64,000 nt of DNA from Bacillota bacterium (GTDB lineage Bacteria > Bacillota > Dethiobacteria > DTU022), in assembly GCA_011389985.1 (NCBI GenBank), contig JAABTH010000004.1, forward strand, positions 65,846 through 129,845. Direction: 5' to 3'. The notes under the pieces are model-generated. The model was not told the DNA's origin. It saw nothing but the letters and a program-made list of their open reading frames with translations, and did no database searches. The translations under genes were made by a program, and so were the position numbers. This document shows, in pieces, positions 10,851 through 21,706 of the stretch; position 1 is the stretch's first letter; every line of letters begins with the position of its first letter.

Positions 10851-11639
10851 ATGAGTATCATTGAGGCAATAGTTCTCGGCCTGATACAGGGTTTGACTGA
10901 GTTTCTTCCTGTGAGCAGCTCAGGACACCTGGTTATATTCCAGGAAATACTAGGATTAAACGAGCCGGGTGTAACTTTAGAGGTGATTCTTCATTTTGGA
11001 ACACTTATGTCGATATTTTGCGTTTTCGGGAAAGATTTTCTGGCTTTGCTGAATTTTCGCAGCGATAAAAATGAACGTAATTTTCTTCTTATGTTAATTT
11101 CCGGAGTTTTTGTAACCGGCATAATCGCTCTTTTATTTTCCGGCTATGTAGATCTTCTTTTCAAATCGACGTTACTGGTCGGTTTTATGCTTCTTGTTAC
11201 CGGTGCAATCTTAATGCTTCTTACACTCTTTCAGGAAGGCTCTAAAGATAAAGGCTCAATAAAGTTTCAGGATGCTCTTTCGATCGGTTTTTTACAGGGA
11301 CTGGCAATTATTCCCGGCATATCTCGTTCGGGATCAACAATAATGGCTGCGCTCTGGAGGGGGCTCGACCGGAGTACTGCTGTTAAGTACTCGTTTATGA
11401 TCGCTGCTCCGGTTATTCTCGGGGGAACTTTAATCGAAGTAAAGGAAATAATTTCAACAGGGATAGAACCGTCGATGGTACTGAATTATTTTGTCGGCGC
11501 TCTTGTTGCATTTATTTCCGGAGTTGTAGCTATAAAAGTATTTATTAAACTGCTTTCAGAAAACAAATTTCATTACTTTGCGCGCTATTGCTGGGTTTTA
11601 GGTATACTGGTGATATTGTATTCATTATTAACCCGGTAA
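10851..11639 (+). CDS. uppP: undecaprenyl-diphosphatase (BacA/UppP)
   Basis: 262 aa polytopic membrane protein; UppP motifs (SSSGHL, PGISRSG). Confidence 0.85.
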   Translation: MSIIEAIVLGLIQGLTEFLPVSSSGHLVIFQEILGLNEPGVTLEVILHFGTLMSIFCVFGKDFLALLNFRSDKNERNFLLMLISGVFVTGIIALLFSGYVDLLFKSTLLVGFMLLVTGAILMLLTLFQEGSKDKGSIKFQDALSIGFLQGLAIIPGISRSGSTIMAALWRGLDRSTAVKYSFMIAAPVILGGTLIEVKEIISTGIEPSMVLNYFVGALVAFISGVVAIKVFIKLLSENKFHYFARYCWVLGILVILYSLLTR

Positions 11640-11699
11640 TCAGCAGTAATGCCAGATGGTTAATCATTTGCATATTTATTAAACAGACGGAAGGTATCC

Positions 11700-11728
11700 T
11701 TTACAATAGCGAACAAATGTTTTATAAT
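11700..11728 (+). promoter_or_regulatory. sigma-A type promoter (TTTACA-N17-TATAAT) with an embedded Cheo-type LexA box CGAACAAATGTTTT (11710-11723)
   Basis: consensus -35/-10 hexamers with 17-nt spacing; the spacer matches the Firmicutes LexA motif CGAACRNRYGTTYC at 13 of 14 positions. Confidence 0.5.
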
Positions 11729-11781
11729 TGATAGAGTTTTGAACCTGTTATATAGTTAACCTGAAAGGCGGAAATATATAA

Positions 11782-14100
11782 TTGGCAAAGCGGCGAAGAA
11801 AAAGTTTAAAAAAAGAAATGCGGTCGCAAATTAAAGGAGTGCTGCTTCTTGCACTGGCTGTATTTGCCTTTATAGGATTAGTCAGCCCTGAACAAACCGG
11901 TGGTGCAGGAGTATTTCTCAATAATATACTACGCGGCCTGGCTGGTGAGGCCGCATTGGTTATACCGCTTTTTATTGCGATTCTTGCCATAAGAACCTTC
12001 TTACCTAAAAACCGCACAGGTCTTAAAAACAGACTTATCGGTATTTTGATTTTACTGCTGCTCTATATGACCTGGGTCCATTTGCAACTTATTACTGAGC
12101 GTTTAGCCCATATTGCCGGAGGATCAGGTTTTACTGAAAGCATCATGGTCGGTTTGAGCCGTGAAGGCGGAGGTGTAATCGGCGCCCTTGTAGCAACATC
12201 ACTCTATCTTGCCATAGGTCCGCTGGGAAGCAATATATTAATTGCAGCAATGGCTGTGATTTCGTTATTGCTGCTCTTTGATATATCGTTGAAAAAAGTA
12301 GTTAAGAGAATGCTGGAAATTGCTGATAAAGCATATAAAATGTTCAGGAAAACAGGACAGCTGTTGATAAATATAATGCAGTGGTGCGGAAAATCAATAA
12401 GCAGAACAATTAACCGAATGGCTGAAAAGGGATCTGAAAAAGCAAAGTTGAGAGAAGCTGAAAAGATAGAGAAAATCAATTACGAACAACAGGTAATTGA
12501 TCAGGTGCCTGAAGTAACTGAAGAACCTGTCCGGGAAACAGCCCTGGAGACAGAAAAAACTACGTCTCTGAGCCAGGCGGAAGCAATGAAAAACATTGCT
12601 CCCACTGCAATGACTGAAAATAAAGAAGAGCCTGTTGTTACAGTTCGCCGTCAGGGTTCCCGGTCCGAGTATGTTTTTCCGCCGATGGATTTGTTATCGC
12701 TTCCAAGCGGAAGTGAAGAGCTGCAGGAGCGGAACAGTAAAGAAAGAGCTAAACTGCTTGAAGATACCCTTCTTAGCTTTGGTGTTAAAGCAAAAGTAAT
12801 CCATGTCCAGTCAGGACCGACTGTAACAAGGTTTGAAGTTCAACCTGAAGCTGGTGTCAAAGTAAGCAAGATTAGCAGTCTTTCCGACGATCTTGCCCTT
12901 AATCTTGCCGCCCCGCTGGTAAGAATAGAAGCTCCAATACCCGGTAAGGCTGCGCTTGGCATAGAAGTTCCCAATCAAAACATATCATTGGTAAATCTGC
13001 GTGAGGTAATGACAGACAGAGCTTTCAAAATGAGTGTATCACCATTGACTGTTGCCCTTGGTAAGGATATTACCGGTATTGCTGTAATCGCCGATCTTAC
13101 AAAAATGCCTCATCTGTTGATCGCCGGAGCAACGGGAGCAGGTAAAAGTGTCTGTTTGAATACTATTATTACCAGTATTCTTTATAAAGCAGGGCCTGAG
13201 CAGGTTCGTTTTATGATGATTGATCCCAAAGTCGTGGAGCTGAGCATCTATAATGGTATACCACATCTGCTCATGCCCGTTGTAACAGATCCGCGCAAAG
13301 CATCACTTGCATTAAGAAATATGGTCAGGGAAATGGGCAGGAGATATGATCTATTTGCCCGACTCGGGGTGAGAGAGATTGGTACGTATAATGAACTTGC
13401 AATGAAAGATGAAGAGCTTGAACTACTTTCATATATAGTTGTGATAATTGACGAGCTGGCAGACCTGATGCTTGTTTCACCGGGAGAAGTAGAAGATTCA
13501 ATCGCCCGCCTGGCTCAGATGTCGAGAGCAGCAGGTATTCACCTTCTTGTTGCGACACAAAGGCCTTCTGTCGATGTACTGACAGGTATTATCAAAGCGA
13601 ACATAACTTCGAGAATTGCTTTTACCGTATCTTCGCAGTTTGATTCGAGAACTATTTTGGATATGGCCGGAGCTGAGAAGTTGTTGGGTCGTGGCGATAT
13701 GCTTTTTTATCCTGTAGGGGCGGTAAAACCTTTCAGGGTGCAGGGAGGATATGTCAGTGAAATTGAAATAAAAAAAGTTACTGATTTTATAAAGGAACAG
13801 GGTAATGTTGATTACGTAGAAGGTGAATCTTTTCTGGAAACAGTCGATGAACCTGAGGCAGAAGAAGCCGATGTCCTTTTTGCTGATGCTGTTGACCTTG
13901 TCGTTCGCACGGGGCAGGCTTCTATATCACTATTACAACGCAGGTTCAGAATCGGTTACACGAGGGCTGCCAGGTTAATTGATGATCTTGAAAGAAGAGG
14001 TGTAGTTGGCCAGTTTGAAGGGAGTAAACCACGCGAAGTGCTTGTTACAGAGGAGCAGGCTTCAATAATATGTGAAGAATTTAATAAAAGCAAAGATTAA
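11782..14100 (+). CDS. ftsK: DNA translocase FtsK/SpoIIIE
   Basis: 772 aa; TTG start; N-terminal TM helices, Walker A GATGAGKS, C-terminal gamma (winged-helix) domain. Confidence 0.9.
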   Translation: MAKRRRKSLKKEMRSQIKGVLLLALAVFAFIGLVSPEQTGGAGVFLNNILRGLAGEAALVIPLFIAILAIRTFLPKNRTGLKNRLIGILILLLLYMTWVHLQLITERLAHIAGGSGFTESIMVGLSREGGGVIGALVATSLYLAIGPLGSNILIAAMAVISLLLLFDISLKKVVKRMLEIADKAYKMFRKTGQLLINIMQWCGKSISRTINRMAEKGSEKAKLREAEKIEKINYEQQVIDQVPEVTEEPVRETALETEKTTSLSQAEAMKNIAPTAMTENKEEPVVTVRRQGSRSEYVFPPMDLLSLPSGSEELQERNSKERAKLLEDTLLSFGVKAKVIHVQSGPTVTRFEVQPEAGVKVSKISSLSDDLALNLAAPLVRIEAPIPGKAALGIEVPNQNISLVNLREVMTDRAFKMSVSPLTVALGKDITGIAVIADLTKMPHLLIAGATGAGKSVCLNTIITSILYKAGPEQVRFMMIDPKVVELSIYNGIPHLLMPVVTDPRKASLALRNMVREMGRRYDLFARLGVREIGTYNELAMKDEELELLSYIVVIIDELADLMLVSPGEVEDSIARLAQMSRAAGIHLLVATQRPSVDVLTGIIKANITSRIAFTVSSQFDSRTILDMAGAEKLLGRGDMLFYPVGAVKPFRVQGGYVSEIEIKKVTDFIKEQGNVDYVEGESFLETVDEPEAEEADVLFADAVDLVVRTGQASISLLQRRFRIGYTRAARLIDDLERRGVVGQFEGSKPREVLVTEEQASIICEEFNKSKD

Positions 14101-14111
14101 GGGAGAAAATT

Positions 14112-15503
14112 TTGGGCATAGCTAATAATTTTAATCGCAACAGTGTAATCGATGGTTTGAAAGTTTATGCTGTATCACTTGGTTGCTCTAAAAACAGGGT
14201 CGATACAGAAGAAGTTTTAGGGTATCTTGCCGGGAAAGGCGCTGTTATAACCGATGATTATTCATCTGCTGATCTTGCCTTTGTAAATACCTGTGGATTT
14301 ATTGAAGAAGCCCAGCAGGAAGCAATAAATACAATTCTTGATCTTGCATTAATGAAAGTAGATGGCCGCCCTAAACTGGTTGTGGCAGGCTGTCTTGTTG
14401 AAGTATTCGGAGGCTCTATCCTGGTAAAAATACCGGAAATCGACGGAGCTATAGGTGTTCATAGTTACAAACGCCTGGATGACTTTTTTAAGGTATTATT
14501 CTCCGGAATCAAAGCAATAGTACAGGAGAAGCCTTCTCTAAATTACAGTTCACTGGGACCGCGGTTACTGACGACACCAGCTCACAGTGTAAATGTTAAA
14601 ATTGCCGAGGGCTGTAACAACAGGTGCAGCTATTGTTTAATACCGGATATACGTGGTCATTACCGGGACAGAGATGAAAAAAGTATTTTAGAAGAAATCC
14701 GCTATTTGCTGAGCGGGGGAACAAAAGAAATTATTTTAATTGCGCAGGATACCACAGCTTACGGAAGTGACAATCCCAACAGTTCTGCACTCAGTGATCT
14801 GATCGATAAAATCATGCAGATACCGGAAAGATTCTGGTTAAGGGTAATGTATACATATCCTTCAAGAATTGATGCTAAATTAATTAATCTACTGGCTAGA
14901 GAAAATAGAATCTGTAAATATCTAGATATTCCTATCCAGCACACAGATGATTTTATTCTTAAAAATATGGGCAGACATTATAAGAGCTCAGATCTTGAAG
15001 TTTTAACAGATAAGTTGCGGTTGGCCGTACCTGGTATTGCCCTGAGAACCACCTTAATGGTTGGCTATCCAGGTGAAACCAGGGGTCGCTTCAATAACAT
15101 GCTGAACTTTATTGAATCAAGGCCATTTGAAAGTATGGGTGTATTTGTATACTCAAACCAGGAGGGCACTGAAGCTGCTGAAATGAGTGGTAAAGTTCCA
15201 TTGCGCGTTGCAAAAAGGCGACGAGCTGAACTGATGCTGAGGCAACAGAAGATTGCACTTCGTTCGAATAAAAAATTAATCGGTAAAAAATTAATTGTGC
15301 TGGTTGACACTGTCTTAGAAACAAGGGATAACTGGTATATCGGTCGGACAGAATATCAGGCCCCCGAAGTTGACGGTGGAGTATACTTGAAATCTAAATT
15401 TCCTTTAAAACCGGGAGACTGGGTTTTGGTAAAAATAATTGCAGCAACGCCTTATAATTTTTTCGCATTGAGTATAAATATTTTGGATAAACTGCCTGAT
15501 TGA
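14112..15503 (+). CDS. rimO: ribosomal protein S12 methylthiotransferase RimO (MiaB/RimO radical-SAM family with TRAM domain)
   Basis: 463 aa; MTTase N-domain, CNNRCSYC radical-SAM motif, TRAM C-terminus; a separate miaB is present at 41603. Confidence 0.75.
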   Translation: MGIANNFNRNSVIDGLKVYAVSLGCSKNRVDTEEVLGYLAGKGAVITDDYSSADLAFVNTCGFIEEAQQEAINTILDLALMKVDGRPKLVVAGCLVEVFGGSILVKIPEIDGAIGVHSYKRLDDFFKVLFSGIKAIVQEKPSLNYSSLGPRLLTTPAHSVNVKIAEGCNNRCSYCLIPDIRGHYRDRDEKSILEEIRYLLSGGTKEIILIAQDTTAYGSDNPNSSALSDLIDKIMQIPERFWLRVMYTYPSRIDAKLINLLARENRICKYLDIPIQHTDDFILKNMGRHYKSSDLEVLTDKLRLAVPGIALRTTLMVGYPGETRGRFNNMLNFIESRPFESMGVFVYSNQEGTEAAEMSGKVPLRVAKRRRAELMLRQQKIALRSNKKLIGKKLIVLVDTVLETRDNWYIGRTEYQAPEVDGGVYLKSKFPLKPGDWVLVKIIAATPYNFFALSINILDKLPD

Positions 15504-15524
15504 TTTAAACAGAGGTGATAGTAT

Positions 15525-16757
15525 TTGTCAGCTGACCTGATCTGCATTGGTAACGAAATATTAACCGGTTTGGTTGAGAACAGTAACAGCGGGTTCCTTG
15601 CCCGGCGACTCTGGTCTATGGGCATTGATGTCAGAGAAACTGCAGTAGTTGCTGATGAAGAATCTGCAATTAAAAATGCTTTGGAAAGAGCCCTGGACAA
15701 GAGTGACCTTGTTATTATTACAGGTGGGCTCGGCCCCACCGATGATGATCTGACCAGGGAAACTGTAGCAAAAATAATAAACAGACCTTTAATACTTAAC
15801 AGATCTTGGCTGGAGAAAATGGAACGTTTTTTTAAAAACCGCGGGATAGAAATGCCTGATAATAACGCCAAGCAGGCCATGGTCATTAAAGGCGGAAAAA
15901 TGCTGGAAAATAAACGTGGTACAGCGCCCGGTCTGATTGTTGAGTATCTTAACAAGCTTATAGTTATGCTTCCCGGTCCACCCAATGAGATGCAGCTGAT
16001 GTTTGATGATAATGTAGTTCCTGTTTTAAAAGAACGAAGATGCGGCAATATAAGCCTGGTTAAAACGCTTAAATGTATCGGCATAGGAGAATCTATGCTG
16101 GAGGAAAAAATTAAAGCGATCGGAACCTGGAACCTTCCACCGATATCATATGTTGCCAGAGGTTATGAAGTAAATTTACAGATAAAAGGTTACGGGGAAA
16201 AATCAAAGGCACAGACCTTAATTGAAGAAGCGGAATGCCGATTGCGTGAAGTTCTCGGAGATTATATATATGGAACTGAGAACGATACCCTGGCCAGTGT
16301 TGTAGCAGATATTTTAATATCTAAAGATAAGACCCTGGCTCTTGCCGAGTCATGTAGTGGTGGACTTTTCTCCGACGTAATTACTGATATACCAGGCTGT
16401 TCAAAATTCTACCGCGGTGGAATGGTTGCATACTCACGTTATGCTAAAATAAATTTGCTGGGTATAGGCAAAACTCTTCTTGAACGTGAAGGTGATGTCA
16501 GTAAAGCGACGTCAATAGCAATGGCAGAGGCAGCAAGATCAAAATTTGCTTCAGATTATGGCGTAGGTATTACCGGCATAGCCGGACCGCAAAGCGATAG
16601 TTCCAACAGCAGGGTGGGGCTGGTATATATTGCCGTTTTTACTGCAGAAGGTGGTAGCAGCAAAGAGCTGAATTTGGGTGGGGGCCGCAAATTTATAAAG
16701 GAACGTTCGGTTCAGGCAGCGCTTGATATGCTGAGAAAGCTCTTAACGGAAAGTTAA
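15525..16757 (+). CDS. cinA: competence/damage-inducible protein CinA (MoCF-binding + NMN deamidase domains)
   Basis: 410 aa; CinA N- and C-terminal domains; conserved cinA-recA linkage. Confidence 0.85.
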   Translation: MSADLICIGNEILTGLVENSNSGFLARRLWSMGIDVRETAVVADEESAIKNALERALDKSDLVIITGGLGPTDDDLTRETVAKIINRPLILNRSWLEKMERFFKNRGIEMPDNNAKQAMVIKGGKMLENKRGTAPGLIVEYLNKLIVMLPGPPNEMQLMFDDNVVPVLKERRCGNISLVKTLKCIGIGESMLEEKIKAIGTWNLPPISYVARGYEVNLQIKGYGEKSKAQTLIEEAECRLREVLGDYIYGTENDTLASVVADILISKDKTLALAESCSGGLFSDVITDIPGCSKFYRGGMVAYSRYAKINLLGIGKTLLEREGDVSKATSIAMAEAARSKFASDYGVGITGIAGPQSDSSNSRVGLVYIAVFTAEGGSSKELNLGGGRKFIKERSVQAALDMLRKLLTES

Positions 16758-16784
16758 ATTGGCTAGAGCAGGAAGGAGTCATGT

Positions 16785-17348
16785 ATGATCAGGCTTTTTA
16801 TTGCCCTGGAGCTATCAGAAAGACAGCGTCATGAAATAGTTAATCTTCAAAATGAGTTAAAACAATGGGTAAATAACGTACGATGGGTGAAGATTGAAGG
16901 TTTACACCTTACGCTTAAATTTATTGGTGAAACAGAAGAAAATAATATTGAAAGCATTAAGAAAGCAATAGATCGGGTGTCACTATCTCATGAACCTTTT
17001 GAAGTTGATTTCTCCGGTCTTGGTGTATTTCCTTCTCTTCCCAAGGCAAAAGTGTTGTGGTTGGCAGTTAATAAGGGTAAGGATATGCTGATTAATCTTG
17101 CTGAAAATCTGGATTCAGAATTGACTGAGGAAGGTTTTAAACCCGAAAAGCGCGGCTATCAGCCACATTTAACATTGGGAAGGATCCGACAACCCATTGA
17201 GGAAAGTATTATTAATAATTTAATGAAGTCAAACGAAGTTACTCGAATTGCACCTACTGAGATTTGCGATGTAACACTATTTGAGAGTAACCTGACAAGA
17301 CAGGGGCCTTTATACAAGGTAGTTTATAAAAAAAGGCTTGATCAATAA
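16785..17348 (+). CDS. thpR: RNA 2',3'-cyclic phosphodiesterase (2H family, LigT/ThpR)
   Basis: 187 aa; two H-x-T-x motifs (HLTLKF, HLTLGR). Confidence 0.8.
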   Translation: MIRLFIALELSERQRHEIVNLQNELKQWVNNVRWVKIEGLHLTLKFIGETEENNIESIKKAIDRVSLSHEPFEVDFSGLGVFPSLPKAKVLWLAVNKGKDMLINLAENLDSELTEEGFKPEKRGYQPHLTLGRIRQPIEESIINNLMKSNEVTRIAPTEICDVTLFESNLTRQGPLYKVVYKKRLDQ

Positions 17349-17432
17349 ATTTACCTGGCCAGATAGGGCAGGAATAATAAACAATAAAAAAGAAATAAGT
17401 CGGTAAGAAACCGGCTAAGGAGGTAAGCCCAG

Positions 17433-18494
17433 TTGGAAAAAGAAAAAGCACTGGAAGCAGCACTGTTACAGATCGAAAAACAATTCGGCAAGGGCTCGGT
17501 TATGAAATTGGGACAGGATGTAAAATATGAAGTCGCAGTGATTCCAACCGGCAGCCTGGCTCTTGATGCAGCTCTCGGTATCGGCGGTGTTCCAAGAGGA
17601 CGGGTTGTTGAAGTTTTTGGGCCGGAATCTTCCGGGAAAACTACTGTTGCGCTTCATATTATTGCCGAAGCACAAAAAAGGGGAGGGTTCGCTGCTTTTA
17701 TTGATGCAGAACATGCGCTAGATCCTCAGTATGCAACAAACCTGGGAGTAAATCTTGATGAACTGCTTGTATCCCAACCTGATACCGGTGAACAGGCTCT
17801 GGAAATAGCTGAAGCACTCGTGCGCAGTGGAGCAATAGATGTTCTTGTCATTGATTCTGTAGCTGCACTGGTGCCAAGGGCTGAAATCGAAGGAGAAATG
17901 GGCGATGCACACGTTGGTCTGCAGGCCAGGTTAATGTCACAGGCTCTGCGCAAACTGTCCGGAGTAATCAGTAAATCGCGAACATGTGCAATATTTATTA
18001 ATCAGATCAGGGAAAAAGTTGGAATAATGTTTGGCAACCCCGAGGTAACTCCGGGGGGCAGGGCTCTTAAATTTTATTCTTCAGTGCGGATGGACGTGAG
18101 GAGAATTGAGTCACTTAAAGCAGGTTCTGACCAGGTTATAGGCAACAGGACTAGGGTTAAAGTGGTAAAGAATAAAGTGGCGCCGCCCTTTAAAATTGCC
18201 GAATTCGACATTATATATGGTACAGGTATATCTGCTGAAGGATCTTTGATTGATTTAGGTTTAGAACATGAAGTAATTAACAAAAGCGGTGCCTGGTTTT
18301 CTTACGGAGAAGAAAGGCTTGGTCAGGGCCGTGAAAACGTGAGGACATTCCTGAAAGATAACCCTGAGATTAGAGATGAGATTGATCAAAAGGTGAGAGA
18401 ACTTGCCGGTTTGCCCTTATCTTCTCCTGTGGAATCAGGTAAGAAAGAAAAAGTATCTGCTGAAAAGACAACGAAAGATGAAAGTAAGAAGTAA
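17433..18494 (+). CDS. recA: recombinase RecA
   Basis: 353 aa; TTG start; Walker [10 protein letters not shown]; strong SD AAGGAGG. Confidence 0.95.
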   Translation: MEKEKALEAALLQIEKQFGKGSVMKLGQDVKYEVAVIPTGSLALDAALGIGGVPRGRVVEVFGPESSGKTTVALHIIAEAQKRGGFAAFIDAEHALDPQYATNLGVNLDELLVSQPDTGEQALEIAEALVRSGAIDVLVIDSVAALVPRAEIEGEMGDAHVGLQARLMSQALRKLSGVISKSRTCAIFINQIREKVGIMFGNPEVTPGGRALKFYSSVRMDVRRIESLKAGSDQVIGNRTRVKVVKNKVAPPFKIAEFDIIYGTGISAEGSLIDLGLEHEVINKSGAWFSYGEERLGQGRENVRTFLKDNPEIRDEIDQKVRELAGLPLSSPVESGKKEKVSAEKTTKDESKK

Positions 18495-18515
18495 TGTTTT
18501 TGGAGTTGATCGGTA

Positions 18516-18986
18516 GTGGATGATCAATCAAGCCTGAAAAAGGCAAGAAGCAGTGCCCTCCGTTACCTGACTTACAGGGCCAGGACCATGAAAGAAGTGA
18601 AAGACTATCTTCAAAAAAAAGATCATAGCACTGATATAATTGACCGGGTGGTTTCAGAAATGGTCAACTATGGCTATGTTGATGACGAAAGATATATTCA
18701 AGATTTTATTAATTACCGTAAGCAAAGGGGTTTTGGGCGTAACCGAATCCGTTATGAACTGATATTAAAAGGTCTGGATAAAGAAGTAATTGAGGAGAGA
18801 ATTGCAGATTGTTTTAACTCGGAAGAAGACTTATCGATAATCAGGAGCACCCTTGAAAGAAGGTTACCCTCTGATGGTCATGTAGATCAAAAATGGCTCT
18901 CCAGACAGGTAGGTTTCCTGAAGCGAAGAGGTTACCAGGACAGTCAGATAATCGAAGCTTTAAGAGATTACAAACTTTCTGATTGA
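18516..18986 (+). CDS. recX: regulatory protein RecX
   Basis: 156 aa; RecX repeat architecture; directly after recA. Confidence 0.8.
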   Translation: MDDQSSLKKARSSALRYLTYRARTMKEVKDYLQKKDHSTDIIDRVVSEMVNYGYVDDERYIQDFINYRKQRGFGRNRIRYELILKGLDKEVIEERIADCFNSEEDLSIIRSTLERRLPSDGHVDQKWLSRQVGFLKRRGYQDSQIIEALRDYKLSD

Positions 18987-18997
18987 GCAATCTTTTC

Positions 18998-19026
18998 TTG
19001 ACATAATATAGTTAAAAGGCTAAAAT
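18998..19026 (+). promoter_or_regulatory. sigma-A promoter for rny (TTGACA-N17-TAAAAT)
   Basis: consensus -35, 17-nt spacer, near-consensus -10. Confidence 0.5.
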
Positions 19027-19174
19027 TATAAGGGAAATGTGCATTATTGATGTGTGTTTAGTTCATATCCGACAAGAGAAAGCCTGGTGCCTGAAGGCGC
19101 TGTGGATAGATTAAAAATTAATATAATCTTTTTGGTTAAGGGATAAGTGTACCCTTTTCCGGATCTTTCTCTTT

Positions 19175-19205
19175 TAAGCTGTGTCCTGGACACAGCTTAT
19201 ATTTT
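19175..19205 (+). promoter_or_regulatory. 10-bp perfect hairpin plus T-run inside the rny 5' leader
   Basis: AAGCTGTGTCC-TG-GGACACAGCTT then ATATTTTT; it lies downstream of the promoter and upstream of the rny start. Confidence 0.35.
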
Positions 19206-19241
19206 TAAATTGAACTTACTAAAACTGGTTATAATATCGAT

Positions 19242-20792
19242 ATGGAGGTGAATGATATGCTTGAAATTCTACTTATAGCAATAGCCGCCCTGGCCGTTGG
19301 TTTTGGGGTTGGCTATTTTATTCGTAAAATGATTGCGGAAGCAAAAATATCTTCCGCGGAATCAGCAGCAAAAAAGATTCTAGATGAAGCTGATCATGAA
19401 GCAAATGCTCTTAAAAGGGAAAAACAGCTTGAAGCAAAGGAAGAAGTGCATAAGCTAAGGACTGAGCTGGAAAAAGAAACTAAGGAAAGGCGTTCTGAAC
19501 TTCAGCGATTGGAACGAAGGTTGGTCCAAAAGGAAGAGGGACTTGACCGTAAAATCAATAATGTGGAAAGAAAAGAAGAGGATCTTAGGCAGAAAGAGGA
19601 AGATAACAAGAGTTTCAGGGAAAAGATTGAATTGCTGCATCAACAGCAATTAGCTGAACTTGAACGAGTTTCAGGGATGAACTCAGATGAGGCAAAAGAG
19701 TTACTTTTACAGCGTGTGCGTGAAGAGATTGAACATGAGATGTTGGTGATGGTTAGGGATATAGAAAACCAGGCCAAAGCAGATGGTGAAAAGAAAGCGC
19801 GCGAGATTGTTACTCTTGCGATACAACGATGTGCTGCCGATCATGTTTCTGAAACAACAGTTTCTGTGGTTAATCTCCCCAATGATGAGATGAAAGGCAG
19901 AATTATCGGCCGTGAAGGACGTAATATCAGGGCCCTTGAAACACTTACAGGTATTGATCTTATTATTGATGATACTCCTGAAGCTGTTATTATATCCGGC
20001 TTCGATCCTATCCGACGTGAAGTTGCAAGGCTGGCGCTGGAAAAACTGGTTAGCGACGGAAGAATTCACCCCGCCAGAATAGAGGAGATTGTAGAAAAAA
20101 CACGCAAAGAAGTTGAAACCCAGATTAAAGAAGAGGGAGAACGGGCTACTTTCGAAGCAAGAGTTCATGGTCTGCACCCCGAACTGGTAACATTATTGGG
20201 AAAACTTCGTTATCGTACCAGCTACGGACAAAATGTTTTGCAACACTCAATTGAGGTGGCCCATCTTGCCGGTATTATGGCCGCAGAGCTTGGCCTCGAT
20301 GTTACATTTGCCAAGAGGGCAGGCCTGTTGCATGATATTGGTAAGGCGATTGACCATGAAACTGAAGGGTCTCATGTTGTTATCGGTGCTGATTTGGCTA
20401 AGAAGTATAAGGAATCACCGGGTATTGTCAATGCCATAGCAGCTCACCATGGTGATATCGATTTTAATACACTTGAAGCTGTTTTGATTCAATCAGCTGA
20501 CGCTATTTCAGCCGTCCGTCCGGGTGCAAGGCGTGAAACACTGGAATCTTATATTAAAAGGTTGGAGAATCTTGAAAATATCGCCGACTCTTTTGACGGT
20601 GTGGAAAAAGCTTATGCAATTCATGCAGGACGCGAAATCAGAATCATGGTCAAGCCCGATCGAATTGATGATTATGCCTCTATTCAGGTTGCAAGGGACA
20701 TAGTTAAGAAAATAGAAAGTGAACTTGAATACCCTGGTCAGATTAAAGTTACGGTTATCAGGGAAACAAGAGCTGTAGATTATGCGAAGTAA
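19242..20792 (+). CDS. rny: ribonuclease Y
   Basis: 516 aa; N-terminal TM helix, coiled-coil, KH domain, HD domain (LLHDIGKA). Confidence 0.95.
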   Translation: MEVNDMLEILLIAIAALAVGFGVGYFIRKMIAEAKISSAESAAKKILDEADHEANALKREKQLEAKEEVHKLRTELEKETKERRSELQRLERRLVQKEEGLDRKINNVERKEEDLRQKEEDNKSFREKIELLHQQQLAELERVSGMNSDEAKELLLQRVREEIEHEMLVMVRDIENQAKADGEKKAREIVTLAIQRCAADHVSETTVSVVNLPNDEMKGRIIGREGRNIRALETLTGIDLIIDDTPEAVIISGFDPIRREVARLALEKLVSDGRIHPARIEEIVEKTRKEVETQIKEEGERATFEARVHGLHPELVTLLGKLRYRTSYGQNVLQHSIEVAHLAGIMAAELGLDVTFAKRAGLLHDIGKAIDHETEGSHVVIGADLAKKYKESPGIVNAIAAHHGDIDFNTLEAVLIQSADAISAVRPGARRETLESYIKRLENLENIADSFDGVEKAYAIHAGREIRIMVKPDRIDDYASIQVARDIVKKIESELEYPGQIKVTVIRETRAVDYAK

Positions 20793-20920
20793 GTGAACAA
20801 ATAAGTTAAGTTAAGTAAGTTAAGGATTTATACTTAGTCTGCAAAAAAGGTTGTAGAACAGGAAAGTGCCCAAACAAGGGCACTTTCCTGTAAAAAATAG
20901 AATGGGCTGGAGTAAATGCA

Positions 20921-21706
20921 ATGAAAATTCTTTTTATAGGTGATATCGTCGGTAAACCTGGTCGCAATTCTTTGCAGCGGAATTTGCCCGAACTAAAAAA
21001 GAATTATAACTTAGATCTGATCATCGCAAATGGAGAAAATGCTGCTGGTGGCGCTGGAATTACAGAAAAAGTATTTCGTAAGCTCCGTTTCTCAGGTGTT
21101 GATATAATAACCGGAGGCAATCACAGCTGGGATCAGAAAGAAGTGTTAAACTTTATTGATAGTGAGCCCTGTTTACTCAGACCGGCTAATTATCCTGAAG
21201 ATACAACCCCTGGTAATTGTTCTGTAGTTTACAACATCGGAAGCAGTAACGTAACAGTAGCAGTCATTAATTTGATCGGCAGGGTCTTTATGCGTCCTGT
21301 CGACTGTCCCTTCAGGGCTGCGGACAGGGAAATAGATAAAGTGAAAAATCAGGCTAAGGCCATCATTGTTGACTTTCACGCTGAAGCGACTTCTGAAAAG
21401 CAGGCCATGGGCTGGTACCTCAATGAAAGGGTTACTGCGGTTATTGGTACTCACAGCCATGTTCAAACTGCAGATGAAAGATTTCTATCAGATAAAACAG
21501 TTTATATTACCGATGTAGGAATGACGGGTTTGTATAATTCAATTCTGGGGGTAGATATTGCGGGACCCTTAGAGCGTTTTACAACAGGTTTACCGAACCG
21601 TCTCAGTATTGGCAAAGGAGTAACTATTTTTAACGCAGTTTTACTCGAGTTTAATGAAAAAGACGGTACCCCATGCTCATTTGAAAGAATTGTGATTATA
21701 AATTAA
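20921..21706 (+). CDS. ymdB: YmdB-like metallophosphoesterase (2',3'-cyclic-nucleotide phosphodiesterase)
   Basis: 261 aa; GDIVG and GNHSWD motifs; conserved rny-ymdB-spoVS arrangement. Confidence 0.85.
   Translation: MKILFIGDIVGKPGRNSLQRNLPELKKNYNLDLIIANGENAAGGAGITEKVFRKLRFSGVDIITGGNHSWDQKEVLNFIDSEPCLLRPANYPEDTTPGNCSVVYNIGSSNVTVAVINLIGRVFMRPVDCPFRAADREIDKVKNQAKAIIVDFHAEATSEKQAMGWYLNERVTAVIGTHSHVQTADERFLSDKTVYITDVGMTGLYNSILGVDIAGPLERFTTGLPNRLSIGKGVTIFNAVLLEFNEKDGTPCSFERIVIIN

Noticed and set aside
20793-20835. Short tandem repeat AAGTTAAGTTAAGTAAGTTAAGG after rny
   Set aside because: It has only about 4 imperfect units of 5-6 nt, with no spacer/repeat organisation. It is too short for CRISPR or a meaningful VNTR.
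20861-20895. Strong 12-bp hairpin AGGAAAGTGCCC-AAACAA-GGGCACTTTCCT between rny and ymdB
   Set aside because: It is followed by GTAAAAAA rather than a U-tract on the coding strand. rny and ymdB are normally cotranscribed, so it is more likely a processing or stability element than a terminator.
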